NCBI GenBank assembly: GCA_964187785.1 | Contig: OZ076409.1 | Span: 76,696,001-76,760,000 of the forward strand | Direction: 5' to 3' | DNA: 64,000 nucleotides | Source: Amphiscolops sp. MND2022 | Taxonomy: Eukaryota | In this document: positions 62,606 to 64,000 of the stretch, in pieces | Layout of the letters: each line of letters opens with the position of its first letter | Numbering within the stretch: the first letter of the stretch is position 1 | The notes under the pieces: generated by a model | What the model was told of the DNA's origin: nothing | What the model saw: only the letters and a program-made list of their open reading frames with translations | Database searches by the model: none | Program-made: the position numbers and the translations under genes

Positions 62606-64000
62606 AGTCGACAGCTTCAATATAAAGTCGACAGCTTCAAAATATAATACATCAATCAACACATCGAAATTGATTAGTTGAATCATAGTCATAGTCCAAG
62701 ATCTCGACGGCTTTTTTGCTTAAGCGAAAAGCGTGTCTGTTCAAGTTATTAAATTCTTTCCGGGTTTCAGAAACGGTGTCAGGATGTTTCATGTGATGCC
62801 ATGATGCATGTCCTCAAAGACTCTATAAATTTGAAATACTCTGAACTCTTAACCAAACCAATTAGTAAATGTAATCTAATTTAGAAGCTAAGAAACTTCA
62901 TTTAATAGATCCTGTATCAAGCTCCCCTGCTTCATCCTGTCGCTGTCACATTGTTAATTGATGTAACCTACCCTAGTTAATAGAATATATCTACTCGGAG
63001 AAATTGAGAATTCATCCTAGCAATCAGTCTTCCTCCCATACTTTAAGAACTGAGAACTCAGAAATAGATTGTACTCAGAACTAGCTAGCTACAAGATAAA
63101 AGATAAGACGACTTCGCTGTTAAAATCTTAGACTTCTTATGTCAGTACTAACACTTCTAAAAGAATCCACCACACAACTTTTTAACAGCTCAATTGGTGC
63201 GACCATGAAAATTCTTTTTTCTCTCCCATTTATTTCACACATCTACAATTGTTGTACCTCTTTCCTCGACTTTCTCATACGCTATCTCTTTGTTCGACAC
63301 ACAGTTTCTCCACCTCTCAACATCGCCTATCGTTACTAACTTCAACGTTGCAACCAATTTCTATTTGAAATTGGTCCGTGTTGCCATGGTTCTGACTGCG
63401 TTTCTCAACGTAATTCCTGTCAGTCATATTTCTTGGTTCTGACTACGTTTCTTGACGTAATTCCTGTCAGTAAATTTTTCGTTCCAACCACCACTGAGTG
63501 AATTCGTGTTGGCTTTTTCTCTTTCTTCCGTTCCAACCGCAGACGTGCGATACGTGTTGGCCCTTCTACAGTGCTATCCAGCGATACCTGCTAGTAGAAA
63601 TCTCTTTGGTTCTAGCCGCTTGGATCAACTTTAAAGTTGGCACACATATTTAGCACATATTTTCTACATAACATTATTATAATACCTTTCTTATTCTCTC
63701 TTTTACAGTACAAACAGCATACAAAACTCTTTTAAAAACTAGTTTACGGATCCAAATACATAACAATTAAAATATATAACACATACCTCACATATTTCTT
63801 TATATAACTTTCATTTTTCATGACCGATATAAAACAAATTTTAATACAACCTCTTGGACACATTCTTCATTGTACATGCCGCCTTCAGTAGACACTATAG
63901 TTAAACTCATTGTCTGCTTTTGGTTCTTTGTTGCTATCATTGCTGGTCTTGCACTTTTTCTGGACAAATTTTTAATTTCATTCATACCAAAACTTTGAAG

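Overview
AT-rich, repeat-dense eukaryotic DNA, probably from an invertebrate animal; the species cannot be called from the sequence. It holds one clear host gene, an intronless MARCH5/MITOL RING-CH E3 ligase (25939-27120). The rest is mostly non-autonomous Helentron-like (HINE) repeats, MITEs, decayed LINE and LTR fragments and a 2.3-kb solo LTR. The stand-out object is a 13.46-kb element (28704-42164) bounded by ~151-bp terminal inverted repeats that begin AGTAGTAGT. It encodes an intact 1266-aa Polinton/Maverick-type protein-primed family B DNA polymerase, but I can see no integrase, capsid, packaging ATPase or maturation protease. It instead carries small intron-containing orphan genes (two apparent paralogues), a duplicated highly structured ~170-nt segment and a 23-copy 114-bp tandem array in which every unit has splice-site-like motifs. 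Its junctions lack the canonical 6-bp target-site duplication. They show a 46-bp duplication of a host Helentron-like 3' end, a 13-bp templated insert and a 2-nt microhomology. This suggests capture of a linear, protein-primed, plasmid-like replicon rather than integrase-mediated transposition. All domain calls come from motif recognition by eye; no searches were run.
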